NCBI RefSeq assembly: GCF_000018465.1
Contig: NC_010085.1
Coordinates: 720,001 to 752,000, forward strand
DNA: 32,000 nucleotides
Direction of reading: 5' to 3'
From: Nitrosopumilus maritimus SCM1
Lineage (GTDB): Archaea > Thermoproteota > Nitrososphaeria > Nitrososphaerales > Nitrosopumilaceae
Each line of letters begins with the position of its first letter. Within the stretch, counting starts at the first letter, position 1. The position numbers were made by a program, and so were the translations under genes. Under the pieces are notes generated by a model. The model was not told where the DNA came from, did no database searches, and saw only the letters and a program-made list of their open reading frames with translations. Below, in pieces: positions 8,698-18,665 of this stretch.

Positions 8698-9099
8698 TTA
8701 TGAATAGTACTCTTTGAATCCTTTATCTGTAGAATAAATCTCAATTTTTGGTCCAAACATTCCTTGTTTTTGTATTACTTTGATAAGATCCCGTTTTTCT
8801 AATTGTTGCAGAATTGAATCAAGTTCTTTTGAATCAATTTTCAAATTTCTTTGAATTTTATCAAATGTGTTTGCACCTTGATGCATAATCCCCAAAACTT
8901 GCATGTCTTTAGTTTGTGGGGTCAATGGTTCTTCTTTTGGACTTTCTCTCGTGTTTTGTGATTCTTGGAACGGTCTTTCTTGCCTGTAATAATCTTCAGT
9001 TTTCTGTCTTCTTTTTGCAATCACTCTTGGAATAATTCGAGCTAATGGAATTGCTAGAAAAATTATCAAATAAATCCATGAAAAGTTTGGGTCTGCCAT
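8698..9099 (-). CDS. Membrane-anchored winged-helix-like protein
   Basis: N-terminal TM (WIYLIIFLAIPLARIIPRVIA), C-terminal wHTH-like NTFDKIQRNLKIDSKELDSILQQLEKRDLIKVIQ. Confidence 0.6.
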   Translation of the reverse strand: MADPNFSWIYLIIFLAIPLARIIPRVIAKRRQKTEDYYRQERPFQESQNTRESPKEEPLTPQTKDMQVLGIMHQGANTFDKIQRNLKIDSKELDSILQQLEKRDLIKVIQKQGMFGPKIEIYSTDKGFKEYYS

Positions 9100-9207
9100 A
9101 ATCTAACTTGATATTCTTGAGATAAATTTGTTCATTTCATGTATTTGTGGTGCCTAAATCAGCAATATTACAGATGGTATAATAGTGGTAAATGCATAAT
9201 GGAGTAG

Positions 9208-10071
9208 ATGTCAAAATACCGTTCTCCACCAATGAGTGTCAACATGAATGCAGCCAAAGGTGTTGCAATTGGAATCATTATTTTAATCATAATTGGAGTT
9301 GTTGCATTTGCGTCAGTAAAGATTGTAGATGCAGGTCATCGTGGCGTTTTGTTACACTGGAATGCAGTTGATTTGACACAACCTCCACTTGAAGAAGGTC
9401 TACATTTTGTAATTCCATTTCAAGATGAAGTTGTAGATATTGAAGTTCGTACGCTAAAATATGAAAAAAATACTAGAAGTGCATCTAAAGATCTTCAAAC
9501 GGTAGAAACAACTGTTACTGTAAACTATCATCCTGATAAAGAAGCAGTACATAGACTATACAAGAATCTCGGATTAGATTATGAAAATAGAGTAATTCAA
9601 CCAGCAATTGAGGAGACTGTAAAACAAGTAACTGCAAATTATAATGCAGAAGAATTAATCACAAAAAGACCTCTAGTAAAACAAGACATCGAATCATCAA
9701 TTAGAGAAAGATTAAATCAATTTGAAGTAGTGACTGAAGTAATTTCTATTACTGATTTTGAATTCTCCCCATTGTTTGCACAAGCAATTGAGTCCAAAGT
9801 GGAGGCTGAGCAAAAGGCACTCAAAGCAGAAAATGATTTGCTAAGAATAGAGGTAGAAGCCAAACAACGAGAAGCCAATGCAATAGGTATTGCCAATGCC
9901 AACATTGCAGAAGCAAAAGGTGAGGCCGAAGCAATTGCAATTATCAACAAAGCCCTTGCTGAAAATCCAAATTATTTAGAATGGCTAAAGACACAAGCTT
10001 GGGATGGAAAATTGCCTCTAGTAGTAGGTGAAGGTGGTACACCATTCATTCAAATCCCGGTTACACCTTAA
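9208..10071 (+). CDS. SPFH/band-7 (prohibitin-like) membrane protein
   Basis: TM helix then VDAGHRGVLLHWN...EGLHFVIPF, ...VIQPAIEETVKQVTANYNAEELI..., KVEAEQKALKAENDLLRIEVEAKQREANAIGIANANIAEAKGEAEA. Confidence 0.92.
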   Translation: MSKYRSPPMSVNMNAAKGVAIGIIILIIIGVVAFASVKIVDAGHRGVLLHWNAVDLTQPPLEEGLHFVIPFQDEVVDIEVRTLKYEKNTRSASKDLQTVETTVTVNYHPDKEAVHRLYKNLGLDYENRVIQPAIEETVKQVTANYNAEELITKRPLVKQDIESSIRERLNQFEVVTEVISITDFEFSPLFAQAIESKVEAEQKALKAENDLLRIEVEAKQREANAIGIANANIAEAKGEAEAIAIINKALAENPNYLEWLKTQAWDGKLPLVVGEGGTPFIQIPVTP

Positions 10072-10086
10072 TCATTTCTAAATATT

Positions 10087-10380
10087 TTAGTTATTTTGTT
10101 TCTCTCTAATCACATCATACATTGCTAAAAATTGATCTGGTTCTTTTTGGCGGTAGTGTTTTTCTAAGTTTTGAATTTCTTTATCTGATTTCTTTTCTCC
10201 TTTCTCTTCATAGTATTCTTTGATGATTTGAGATGGTGTTTTTTGGATGTTGTATTTCTGTAATGTTTGATTCACTGATCTTTTACACATGAAATCATAC
10301 ATGGCATATTTGTACACCAAATAACCTGTCAATCCAACTACTGCAACTATGATTATTGGAATTATGATTACTGATGCCAT
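10087..10380 (-). CDS. Small hypothetical membrane protein
   Basis: 97 aa ORF with N-terminal TM and charged C-terminus, convergent to the SPFH gene. Confidence 0.6.
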   Translation of the reverse strand: MASVIIIPIIIVAVVGLTGYLVYKYAMYDFMCKRSVNQTLQKYNIQKTPSQIIKEYYEEKGEKKSDKEIQNLEKHYRQKEPDQFLAMYDVIREKQNN

Positions 10381-10420
10381 GATTTTTGTATGTATTTTTG
10401 ATATTTATTCTCTTTTTGTT

Positions 10421-10969
10421 CTATATTCGTAAAATTTTGAACTTGTTTGCACCGCCAACATTACTAAACTGTGCAATCTCAAAAATAATCTTTGAAAATG
10501 TGGATCTTTCTTTTGATAACACAAAACTCTTTGTATCTAATGACATGTCTTCTGATAAAACCACCCAAATGTTTTCTTTGTTTGGTTGAATTTTCTCTAA
10601 CTGAGTAATTTTTTCTTCAATAACTTGCTTATCTGAAGATTTTGGAATACAAATCAATAATGTCATTTTAGGATCTTTCTCTAATGTTTTGATGTCCGGA
10701 ACTACAATGTCTAACTCTATTCCTTGATAATCGATTTTTCTTTGACTATTCAATAGTGCATTAGTTAGTAAATAATGAAGAATTCCTGTGGCCAAAATTC
10801 CTACGGCCATATCTTTTTCATCCATAGCTATGATTTTGTCATAACAATTCTCAATAATTTCATCAATGACAACATCAAATTTTTTTTGAGAGATTAATTG
10901 CGGAATTGTTTGTGAGTTTTTGATATAATCAAATAGATAATCCTTGATTGGATTTGCCTCTTCATCCAT
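10421..10969 (-). CDS. Conserved-looking hypothetical protein
   Basis: 182 aa ORF; start overlaps the stop of the upstream HMG-CoA synthase gene by 1 nt, suggesting coupled expression. Confidence 0.7.
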   Translation of the reverse strand: MDEEANPIKDYLFDYIKNSQTIPQLISQKKFDVVIDEIIENCYDKIIAMDEKDMAVGILATGILHYLLTNALLNSQRKIDYQGIELDIVVPDIKTLEKDPKMTLLICIPKSSDKQVIEEKITQLEKIQPNKENIWVVLSEDMSLDTKSFVLSKERSTFSKIIFEIAQFSNVGGANKFKILRI

Positions 10970-12363
10970 TATTCGTTATAGATGTAACGTCTTTCGCCTC
11001 TAGATTCAGTTTCAGTTTTTACATCCACTAGACTGAATTCTTTTTTGGATTTGAGCATGGATTCTTCTGGAGACAACTTGTTTTCATGTAATTCTTCATA
11101 TTCTTCCCAAGTTAGTCTTCGTCTTTCACCAATTTCAGCTTCCAAATTCATATTCTTTACAATCTCTTCAAACTCTGGTTGAATAACGCCACTAAACACC
11201 ATTGCACTACTGCCACTTCCATAGGAACCAAACCCAATTCTTTTACCTTCTAATTGAATTCCTTTTTGATATTCAAATTCTAAACTACTTCTGAATCCCA
11301 AGTAAAGTGATGCAGTATACAAGTTACCAATCATACTAGATGCAATAAGTGAACTTGCAAGTTTTGATTCATAGACTTCTTGATATTCTGGAGTCTTTGT
11401 AAATAATTTTGTAAACTCGTGATCTTTTGCCATAAACTCTTCATCTCCCAATACTGATTCTATAGTTCCTCGAGGATCTTTTGGAATTGGTTCATCCATT
11501 CCAATTTCTTGTAGAACTTTTTTCCATCTTGGAAGTTGACGCCATTCATGTCTTACCAAATATGCTAATGCCTTCTTTCCCATGTTGCTGTATGGCAAGT
11601 GCATGTTGATGTAATCCATGTGGTCTAGTATTGTTTCCCCTTGCTCTATGTTGATTAATTTAGTTGAGATTACTTTTTTCTTGTATGCTTCTAGTGCTTT
11701 TCTTACTTGAATCATGTATAACATGTTGGAATATTGACCATGAACGATTGGGGTCTCTTTTCCAAATGGTCTGTAAAAGTCATATTCATCTTTAATTGAT
11801 GTTGATGTTACTTTAGGATCAAATGCTAATAATCTTGGATTATCATTGAGAAGCATCACTACAGCTCCTGCACCCTGTGTCATTTCTCCACTAGAACCCA
11901 TATCATATTTTGCAATATCTGATACCACTACCAGGGCATGTTTTCCCTCTGCTTCTCCAGCTCTAATCCAATTTGTATTGTCATAAAGAGCATAAGAGCC
12001 ACTAACACATGCAAATTTGGTCTCAACGCCACCACAGTGCTCAAATGCACCTTGACCATAGACTTGCTCTAACATGCCAATCACAAAAGAATTCATTGCC
12101 TTTGATTCATCAAATGATGATTCTGTTGAAACGTATAATCTACCAATATCTTCTGGAGATAGCTTGTTTTTTTGCATAATTTTCAAACAAGCGTTTGCAG
12201 CCAGTATTGCTGGGTCTTGATTGGCATCAACTATTGCCATTTGAGAAACTCCCAAGCCCTTTTGTAATTTTACGGGGTCTAATCCTCTTGCTTCAGCAAA
12301 ATCTGCTGCATCAATGTATAATCTAGGGATGTATATGGAAATGTCATCAATTCCAGCTGCCAT
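10969..12363 (-). CDS. Hydroxymethylglutaryl-CoA synthase
   Basis: IDDISIYIPRLYI, VSTESSFDESKAMNSFVIGML, KFACVSGSYALYDNTNWI (nucleophile Cys), MNMHLPYSNMGKKA-like region; GGAGG ribosome-binding site upstream. Confidence 0.85.
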   Translation of the reverse strand: MAAGIDDISIYIPRLYIDAADFAEARGLDPVKLQKGLGVSQMAIVDANQDPAILAANACLKIMQKNKLSPEDIGRLYVSTESSFDESKAMNSFVIGMLEQVYGQGAFEHCGGVETKFACVSGSYALYDNTNWIRAGEAEGKHALVVVSDIAKYDMGSSGEMTQGAGAVVMLLNDNPRLLAFDPKVTSTSIKDEYDFYRPFGKETPIVHGQYSNMLYMIQVRKALEAYKKKVISTKLINIEQGETILDHMDYINMHLPYSNMGKKALAYLVRHEWRQLPRWKKVLQEIGMDEPIPKDPRGTIESVLGDEEFMAKDHEFTKLFTKTPEYQEVYESKLASSLIASSMIGNLYTASLYLGFRSSLEFEYQKGIQLEGKRIGFGSYGSGSSAMVFSGVIQPEFEEIVKNMNLEAEIGERRRLTWEEYEELHENKLSPEESMLKSKKEFSLVDVKTETESRGERRYIYNE

Positions 12364-12468
12364 AAGCTTGCCTCCGGGAATTCACTAATAAGGTTAGCGG
12401 GTAAATTCTAGATAACTAGGAAGGGAATTTTGACAATTATTTTCAACTTGTCACGCCTGATCTGATCG

Positions 12469-13179
12469 CTAACTGAGTTTTTCTAACTCTGAATCAAATG
12501 TCATTTGAAATGTTGAATATGGTTTGGCACCAAACAAACTTGTAACTTCTCCATCCGGCCCTATTACAAAAAATGCTGGAGTTCCAGTTAATTCTAGTGA
12601 TCTTGCATCTTCATTGCTTGCAACAATTGTCTTTGAATGAATTCTATCAATCATACATTCAGACCATGTATCTACATCCAATCCAATTTCTTGTGCAAAT
12701 CGTAGTAAGTTTTCTGAAGATGCCCATCCATTATTCTCTCCAGTCCAGTTGTTATACAAAATATCGTGATATTCCCAAAACATTCCCTGATCATTTGCAC
12801 AATGTGCTCCATGAGATGCATTAATGGAATCAGGACCAATTATGTTGTAATCTTTGAAGATCATTCTCACTTTACCAGTTTCAACATAATTCTCTAAAAT
12901 GTCTCCTTCGGTTGAATGGAAAAAGACATTACAAAAATGACATTGATAATCACCAAATTCAACTAGTGTGATTGGAGCGTTGGAATCTCCCAATATTGGA
13001 GAACCATTGGCCAAAAATGTCTCCATAGTCACTCTTGCTGGTCCTTCTGGTTGAATTGTAGGGGTAGGTTGCATTACTAGTTCTGATTCATTAGATATTC
13101 CATCAAAACCCAAAAAAACAATGACTAAAACAACTGCAGAAATTCCTGCACCTATTGCCAAAGATGGACCATGTATCAC
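12469..13179 (-). CDS. DsbA-family thioredoxin-like protein, membrane/exported
   Basis: N-terminal TM; APITLVEFGDYQCHFCNVFF; LTGTPAFFVIGPDG cis-Pro loop. Confidence 0.88.
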   Translation of the reverse strand: MIHGPSLAIGAGISAVVLVIVFLGFDGISNESELVMQPTPTIQPEGPARVTMETFLANGSPILGDSNAPITLVEFGDYQCHFCNVFFHSTEGDILENYVETGKVRMIFKDYNIIGPDSINASHGAHCANDQGMFWEYHDILYNNWTGENNGWASSENLLRFAQEIGLDVDTWSECMIDRIHSKTIVASNEDARSLELTGTPAFFVIGPDGEVTSLFGAKPYSTFQMTFDSELEKLS

Positions 13180-13216
13180 TAGTTTTAAAATTTTTTTAGC
13201 TCATTTAGTCTTTGTG

Positions 13217-13948
13217 TTATGGTGATGAACTTCCATCACTAGGTGTTTCTCCTAAAGTGAACATTTGCAATAATTTTGATGATCTTGAATCATTATCTTC
13301 TGCAGTAATTGTAACTGTTAGGTTTTCCCGTGGGTATCTTTCAGGAATGTAAAATTCTGTTTCAAAGAGTCCCCTGTCATTTGTAATTCCGTTTGCAGAA
13401 TGAAATTCTTCATTGTTTTCATCTAAAACCATTACATTGATGTTGATGTTTGACAGATGTCCATAGTTTAGATTAAAATCATTTAATTTGTTTTGTTGTG
13501 GGTCATATGTTTTAATCTCAATTGAAGCGTATTGCTTTGAATAAACTCGTTGTGTATATTGAACTAAAATCTGTAAATCGTCTTCTTTTTCCATTGTATC
13601 TTCTTCTGTAATATTTTCTTGTGTAGTTTTTTCCTCAAATGATAATGGCATAAACTCTCCTCCAACATAGATTATTCCGTGTGTTTTAATCTCGTCGTCT
13701 ATAATTTTTGAATATGTGATATATGGAAATCCTTCAATTGTATGTCCAGACATTCTAATGATCTTCCCATTAGAGAATTCTCTTATCTGAATATCATTGC
13801 TTATTTGAAATTGATTTTCATCCGTGTTTATCGCGCCAGTTTGCAAAAATGGAATTTCTGTAAGTGGGTCTACTTCAGCGTATGTATTGGTACTGAAAAA
13901 CAATCCAAAAGATAAAATGAAAATTCCTGCTATGATCTCCCTTTTCAT
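13217..13948 (-). CDS. Secreted hypothetical protein
   Basis: Signal peptide-like MKREIIAGIFILSFGLFFSTNTYA; the rest lacks recognisable motifs. Confidence 0.65.
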   Translation of the reverse strand: MKREIIAGIFILSFGLFFSTNTYAEVDPLTEIPFLQTGAINTDENQFQISNDIQIREFSNGKIIRMSGHTIEGFPYITYSKIIDDEIKTHGIIYVGGEFMPLSFEEKTTQENITEEDTMEKEDDLQILVQYTQRVYSKQYASIEIKTYDPQQNKLNDFNLNYGHLSNININVMVLDENNEEFHSANGITNDRGLFETEFYIPERYPRENLTVTITAEDNDSRSSKLLQMFTLGETPSDGSSSP

Positions 13949-14099
13949 ATTTTTTCTACACCGAATCTTACTTTAAAGAATTTTTATGGAATGATCCTGT
14001 TGATTATTTTCAAAAAAATCTTGGATTTATGACTGGATGTTTATTTGGAGTTAATGCTGGTATCAATAACTAAAAAAACGGGATATATTGTGAAATGAT

Positions 14100-15152
14100 A
14101 TGAAGCAAGTTTTTGTTAATGGGTATGGTTCCATTGGCAGTAGAATCACTGCTTTTCTCAAAGATGATCCTGAAATCTTAGTTGTGGGCGTAGGAAAATA
14201 CTCTCCAGACGATGATGTCAATCTTGCAATCTCTAGAGGCTTGAATGTTTATGTTCCTGAAAAAAAATTAGATGATTTCAAAGATTTCAAAATATCTGGT
14301 TCTATTGAGTCTGCATTAGACAATTCTGATCTTGTAATTGATGCAGCTCCTGGCGGTCATGGATACAAAAACAAGAAAAATTTGTATGAACCACGTAACC
14401 TTCCTGCAATTTACCAAGGTGGTGAATCAACAATGGGCGATGATGCAGTTTCTGATTTGTTGTTTAACTCTAGAGCAAACTATGATCTTGCAATAGGAAA
14501 ACATCATGTCATGCAAGGAAGTTGTAATGTAACTGGAATGGGTAGAATCCTTGAACCATTAAGGGACAAATTTGGAGATAATTTGATTAGATTTGATGTT
14601 ACACTTGTTAGAAGATGGGCAGACATTGAACAAACTGACAAAAAACTTTCAGACACCATTGAAATGACTGAAAAACCTCATCATGGTGATGATGTAAAAT
14701 TATACTTTGGAAAAGATGCACCACTTTATGTCCGTGCAATCAAAGTTCCTACAAGACAGATGCACTTACACATTATGGATATTAGATTCAAAGATACTGC
14801 ACCAAAACCTTCTGAGATTCATGAACTCTTTACAAATGAATTTGGTGTTGCAACACTTTGGACTGCAAAGGGAACAAAAGATGTTAGAGATTATGCACAA
14901 AATATGGGCTTTAATTTTACAGATACTAATATGATTCACATTCATGCAAACATGACTACTTCCATCGGTGATACGGTACAAATGATGTATTCAGATGATC
15001 AAACAGGAATTGTTATTCCAGAAAATCACATGTTGATGCAAGCAATGTTGTTTGAAAAATCATATGCTGATGCATTTGCTCACACTGAATCAATCTTCCA
15101 CATGGTTGAAAAGAAACAAAAATTGCAAGAACACTTTGCAAAGAAGGACTAG
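14100..15152 (+). CDS. Type II (archaeal) glyceraldehyde-3-phosphate dehydrogenase
   Basis: VFVNGYGSIGSRI Rossmann motif, VIDAAPGGHGYKNK, HHVMQGSCNVTGMGRIL catalytic Cys region. Confidence 0.88.
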   Translation: MKQVFVNGYGSIGSRITAFLKDDPEILVVGVGKYSPDDDVNLAISRGLNVYVPEKKLDDFKDFKISGSIESALDNSDLVIDAAPGGHGYKNKKNLYEPRNLPAIYQGGESTMGDDAVSDLLFNSRANYDLAIGKHHVMQGSCNVTGMGRILEPLRDKFGDNLIRFDVTLVRRWADIEQTDKKLSDTIEMTEKPHHGDDVKLYFGKDAPLYVRAIKVPTRQMHLHIMDIRFKDTAPKPSEIHELFTNEFGVATLWTAKGTKDVRDYAQNMGFNFTDTNMIHIHANMTTSIGDTVQMMYSDDQTGIVIPENHMLMQAMLFEKSYADAFAHTESIFHMVEKKQKLQEHFAKKD

Positions 15153-16402
15153 GTTCTAATTTTCTCTATTCTGATTTTTTGAGGAATATTCTTTGATACT
15201 TTTTCTACAACTATTCTAAGATCTTCTACCTCTACTTTGTCCCCTTCTTGTGGAATGTCTTGTAGTCTTTCATGTAACAAACCACTCAATGATGCATAAT
15301 CATCACCTTCAGGTACGTTAGTTTTGAAAATTTCATTTACAATATCAATTTCAATATCTCCGTTTGTGACAATTGTGTCTTGATCAATTCTTTCATAGCC
15401 TATAGTTCTAGTTAGATCCGTTTCATCTTCAATCTCTCCGACAATCTCTTCTAACAAATCTTCTAGTGTGACTAACCCTTCAACTCCTCCATGCTCATCT
15501 ACAACAATTGCCATGTGTGTTTTTCTTCCCTTCATCTCTTTTAGCAAAGAACTAACCATCTTTTCTTGAGATGCAAATACTGGTTTTCTTGCAATTTGCT
15601 CTAAACTAACAACTTCGTTGTCTTTTTCTAATTCTTTTAGGACATCTCTGGCATGAATAAAACCTACAATGTCATCTTGTGTGTCCCCATAAATTGGAAT
15701 TCTAGAATGACCACTTTGGTTAATTTGTGGTAATGCTTCAAAAAGTAACATTTTTGAATTTAGTGTAAACATTTTTGTTCTTGGGGTCATCACTGAACGA
15801 ATTACAGTGTCATCAAATTTCAATGCCCCGTGAACTAATTCCATTTCATCTCTCTCAAGTGCTTTTTCTTCCAAGCCTTGATCAATAACTCCTTTAATCT
15901 CCTCTTCAGTAATCGGTGGAGGAGCATAACTGCTACCTGTCATCTTTACTACACCTTTTGTAATGGTTTCAAAGAATTTTACAACTGGATATAATGCGTA
16001 ACTAAATCCTAATAATATTGGAGCGTATCTTAATGCAATTTTTGTAGAGTTTGCATTACAGTATGTTTTTGGGGTAATCTCTCCAAAAATTAGAATCAAA
16101 AATGTCATGATGCCCACGGCAATTCCTAACCCTTCATCACCAAACATTCTGATTGCAACACTTGTTGCCAATGCAGATGCCCCAACATTCACCAAATTAT
16201 TGCCCAGATTGACACTAGACATCATCCATCCAGGATTTGTTTTTAATTTGTAAAGTGCCTTAGCACCTTTCTTACCTTCATTGAATAATTGAACAACTTT
16301 GGATTTTCTTACTCCTACTAGTGCAACCTCTAACCCACTGAAGAATCCAGATAATCCAATAAGTACAGCTAACGCTCCAATTTCAACCCATAAATCTACC
16401 AT
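15149..16402 (-). CDS. CNNM/CorC-type membrane protein with CBS domains (hemolysin C family)
   Basis: DUF21-type TM region, GEITPKTYC, VMTPRTKMF, AIVVDEHGGVEGLVTLEDLLEEIVGEIEDE. Confidence 0.9.
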   Translation of the reverse strand: MVDLWVEIGALAVLIGLSGFFSGLEVALVGVRKSKVVQLFNEGKKGAKALYKLKTNPGWMMSSVNLGNNLVNVGASALATSVAIRMFGDEGLGIAVGIMTFLILIFGEITPKTYCNANSTKIALRYAPILLGFSYALYPVVKFFETITKGVVKMTGSSYAPPPITEEEIKGVIDQGLEEKALERDEMELVHGALKFDDTVIRSVMTPRTKMFTLNSKMLLFEALPQINQSGHSRIPIYGDTQDDIVGFIHARDVLKELEKDNEVVSLEQIARKPVFASQEKMVSSLLKEMKGRKTHMAIVVDEHGGVEGLVTLEDLLEEIVGEIEDETDLTRTIGYERIDQDTIVTNGDIEIDIVNEIFKTNVPEGDDYASLSGLLHERLQDIPQEGDKVEVEDLRIVVEKVSKNIPQKIRIEKIRT

Positions 16403-16554
16403 GATATCCTCCGGAAAATTTTCTTAGAACAACTATGTTGTTTTTTCATTTAGTATTGTTGCACCATCTCTTTGGTATACTAAATTCGTAAAACAGGGAT
16501 TTAACCTTTAAGATTCTAATTATTTTTAAAATTAATTGAGCCTAAAAATTGAGG

Positions 16555-17892
16555 CTAATTTTTTGGAGGTTTTGCAAACTTGTTTTGGGGATTATTGTGA
16601 TAATCTACTGGAAGCATTGCATCTTTTTGTCTGCCTGTAAGAATTCCAACCACTGTGTCGTCTTTTTGTATTATTCCCTCACTCGTCAATTTCTTAACTC
16701 CAACCACTGATGCACCTGATGCCATCTCACAATCAAAACCGTTTAGTCCTACTACTGACATTCCATCAAGCATTTCAGAATCTGAAACAGTTGTTGCAAC
16801 ACCGTTTGTAAATTCAAGTGCGCGTAATCCTTTCAAAATATTTGCAGGTCTACCAATTTGAATTGCAGTAGCTTTGGTTTTTGGTCTAATTCCTTTTGAG
16901 TCTAAATCATCATAATATCTTGTAATTAATTCAGTATTGGGGTTTCCTTTATTCCATCTTAATTCCTCTCCTTCAAATTTACCATTATACAAATCAGATA
17001 ATGTACTTGCACCTTCAGAGTTTATCACTGCAATTCTTGGAATTTTTTTAATCCATCCCCATTCATATAGTTCCATCAATGCTTTTCCACAACTAGATGT
17101 GTTCCCTAATGCACCACCTGGATAAACAATCCAATCTGGAACTTCCCAATTCAAATATTCTAATGCTCTAAATGGTATGGTTTTTTGTCCTTCAATTCTA
17201 AATGGATTAACAGAATTTACAGTATACCCATCATGATTCTGTGCATCATCTAATGATTGTTTTAGAGCATCATCAAAATTTCCATCAATTTCTAAAATCT
17301 GAGCTCCAAACTGATACGCTTGGCTTAATTTTCCTGGAGCAATTTGTCCTGCGGGAATGTATACATCACAATTTATCCCTTCATTTGCTGCAAACATACC
17401 TGCAGATGCTGAAGTGTTTCCAGTAGATGCACAAACAATCTTTTTTGCACCTACCATTTTTGCATGAGTTACTGCAGTTGCCATGCCATTATCTTTGAAA
17501 GAACCACTTGGATTGTATCCTTCAGGCTGTAACCATAAATTATCATTTGAAATTCCTACAAGTTCTGAAGCCTTTGCCATATGGTAAGGCTTTGAGAGTC
17601 TTCCTTCTGCACCATCAAGTGAAACCAAATATTTTGAACACTCTTCAATGTTTTCAGTATCTATTTGACAAAAGTTTAGTAATTCTCTGAATCTCCAAAC
17701 TCCACTTTCATTGAATATGTTCCCTTGCGAGTTTCTTCTATTGTAAAAAACTTCTTTAAGATTTTCTGAGGGAGTATGTTTGTATTTTACATCAAGCAGA
17801 TGTCCTTTTTCACATTGAACATTTGTGCTCTCAATAGGGTATTCCATACCGCATTGTGGATCAATACACTTGAGATATGCGTCTCCCTGCAT
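16555..17892 (-). CDS. thrC: Threonine synthase
   Basis: N-terminal zinc-ribbon-like CIDPQCGMEYP...C, NPSGSFKDNGMATAVTHAK, CASTGNTSASAGMFAA, PGGALGNTSS. Confidence 0.88.
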   Translation of the reverse strand: MQGDAYLKCIDPQCGMEYPIESTNVQCEKGHLLDVKYKHTPSENLKEVFYNRRNSQGNIFNESGVWRFRELLNFCQIDTENIEECSKYLVSLDGAEGRLSKPYHMAKASELVGISNDNLWLQPEGYNPSGSFKDNGMATAVTHAKMVGAKKIVCASTGNTSASAGMFAANEGINCDVYIPAGQIAPGKLSQAYQFGAQILEIDGNFDDALKQSLDDAQNHDGYTVNSVNPFRIEGQKTIPFRALEYLNWEVPDWIVYPGGALGNTSSCGKALMELYEWGWIKKIPRIAVINSEGASTLSDLYNGKFEGEELRWNKGNPNTELITRYYDDLDSKGIRPKTKATAIQIGRPANILKGLRALEFTNGVATTVSDSEMLDGMSVVGLNGFDCEMASGASVVGVKKLTSEGIIQKDDTVVGILTGRQKDAMLPVDYHNNPQNKFAKPPKN

Positions 17893-17982
17893 AATCCTTA
17901 CAAAAAATTATGATAATTTAAAGCAAAGGTACAATTTTACAAAGTTAAAGCTATTTTTCCTAAACTTTAGATTAGATGTATT

Positions 17983-18369
17983 TTGAAATTAACTGTGGTA
18001 ACATACATCGAATATCTAAAAAGCATACTATTGCAAATTCTTGAATCTTATGAGATACTAAAAGAAATTCAAGATAAACCCGGAGATCTAGACCTTATCA
18101 AAAAAGAATCACTCAAAATCAATGGATTTTTGAAGGTTGTCTCAAACAAAGTTGAGGACACAAAAATCCCTCACTCTGATTTCAAGCCTCTTAAATCAAA
18201 ATTCAAAAGTTATTTAGAAAATTATTTCTTTGAGCAAGAAATTGAGACAATGGCTCCTCTTTATCAAGATGATGTGCATAGAATAAAGAATATGAGATTA
18301 AAGATTTTAGAATCATTTGATGAGAACAAAATTATGACTGATATCAAGGAGTTTGTCGATAAGATTTGA
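17983..18369 (+). CDS. Hypothetical helical protein
   Basis: 128 aa ORF with TTG start; open frame with plausible composition. Confidence 0.55.
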   Translation: MKLTVVTYIEYLKSILLQILESYEILKEIQDKPGDLDLIKKESLKINGFLKVVSNKVEDTKIPHSDFKPLKSKFKSYLENYFFEQEIETMAPLYQDDVHRIKNMRLKILESFDENKIMTDIKEFVDKI

Positions 18370-18470
18370 GTGATAAAAAGTGCGTATTATGTGGTTGCAA
18401 AGATCATAAACTTTTTGGATGCAATAGGCACATGTCCAAAAAGTGTAGTTGTTTTAAAGAAGAAAACTAA
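18366..18470 (+). CDS. Cys-rich putative zinc-binding microprotein (34 aa)
   Basis: TTG start in a TTGA overlap with the upstream stop: MSDKKCVLCGCKDHKLFGCNRHMSKKCSCFKEEN. Not in ORF track. Confidence 0.5.
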   Translation: MSDKKCVLCGCKDHKLFGCNRHMSKKCSCFKEEN

Positions 18471-18480
18471 TTTTTAGAAA

Positions 18481-18597
18481 TTATTTTTGTTTAGGTCCAG
18501 ATCTTTCATGAAAATTTATGCAACATTTGCATTCTTTTTCAAGACATTCTGATTCAGAATGGTGCCCACATATGCCGCACTCGCAACTTCTAGCCAT
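18481..18597 (-). CDS. Cys-rich putative zinc-binding microprotein (38 aa)
   Basis: MARSCECGICGHHSESECLEKECKCCINFHERSGPKQK; convergent with 18366-18470 and sharing its Cys/His spacing pattern. Confidence 0.6.
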   Translation of the reverse strand: MARSCECGICGHHSESECLEKECKCCINFHERSGPKQK

Positions 18598-18665
18598 GTT
18601 CTATATTGATATAATTGGAATATAATTTATCCTCCAAATTTTTATGAGTTTGAGGTCAAATGAGA

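Noticed and set aside
13949-14099. Open + frame ...YFKEFLWNDPVDYFQKNLGFMTGCLFGVNAGINN
   Set aside because: Protein-like, but it has no ATG/GTG/TTG start until the last 13 codons; no support for a real gene without conservation data.
15396-15405. Additional GCCTATAG match
   Set aside because: Lies within the coding region of the CBS/CorC gene and lacks the full GCCTATAGGG; likely chance.
16530-16557. AGCCT...AGGCT small hairpin near thrC stop
   Set aside because: Only a 5-bp stem, A/T-rich surroundings, easily expected by chance.
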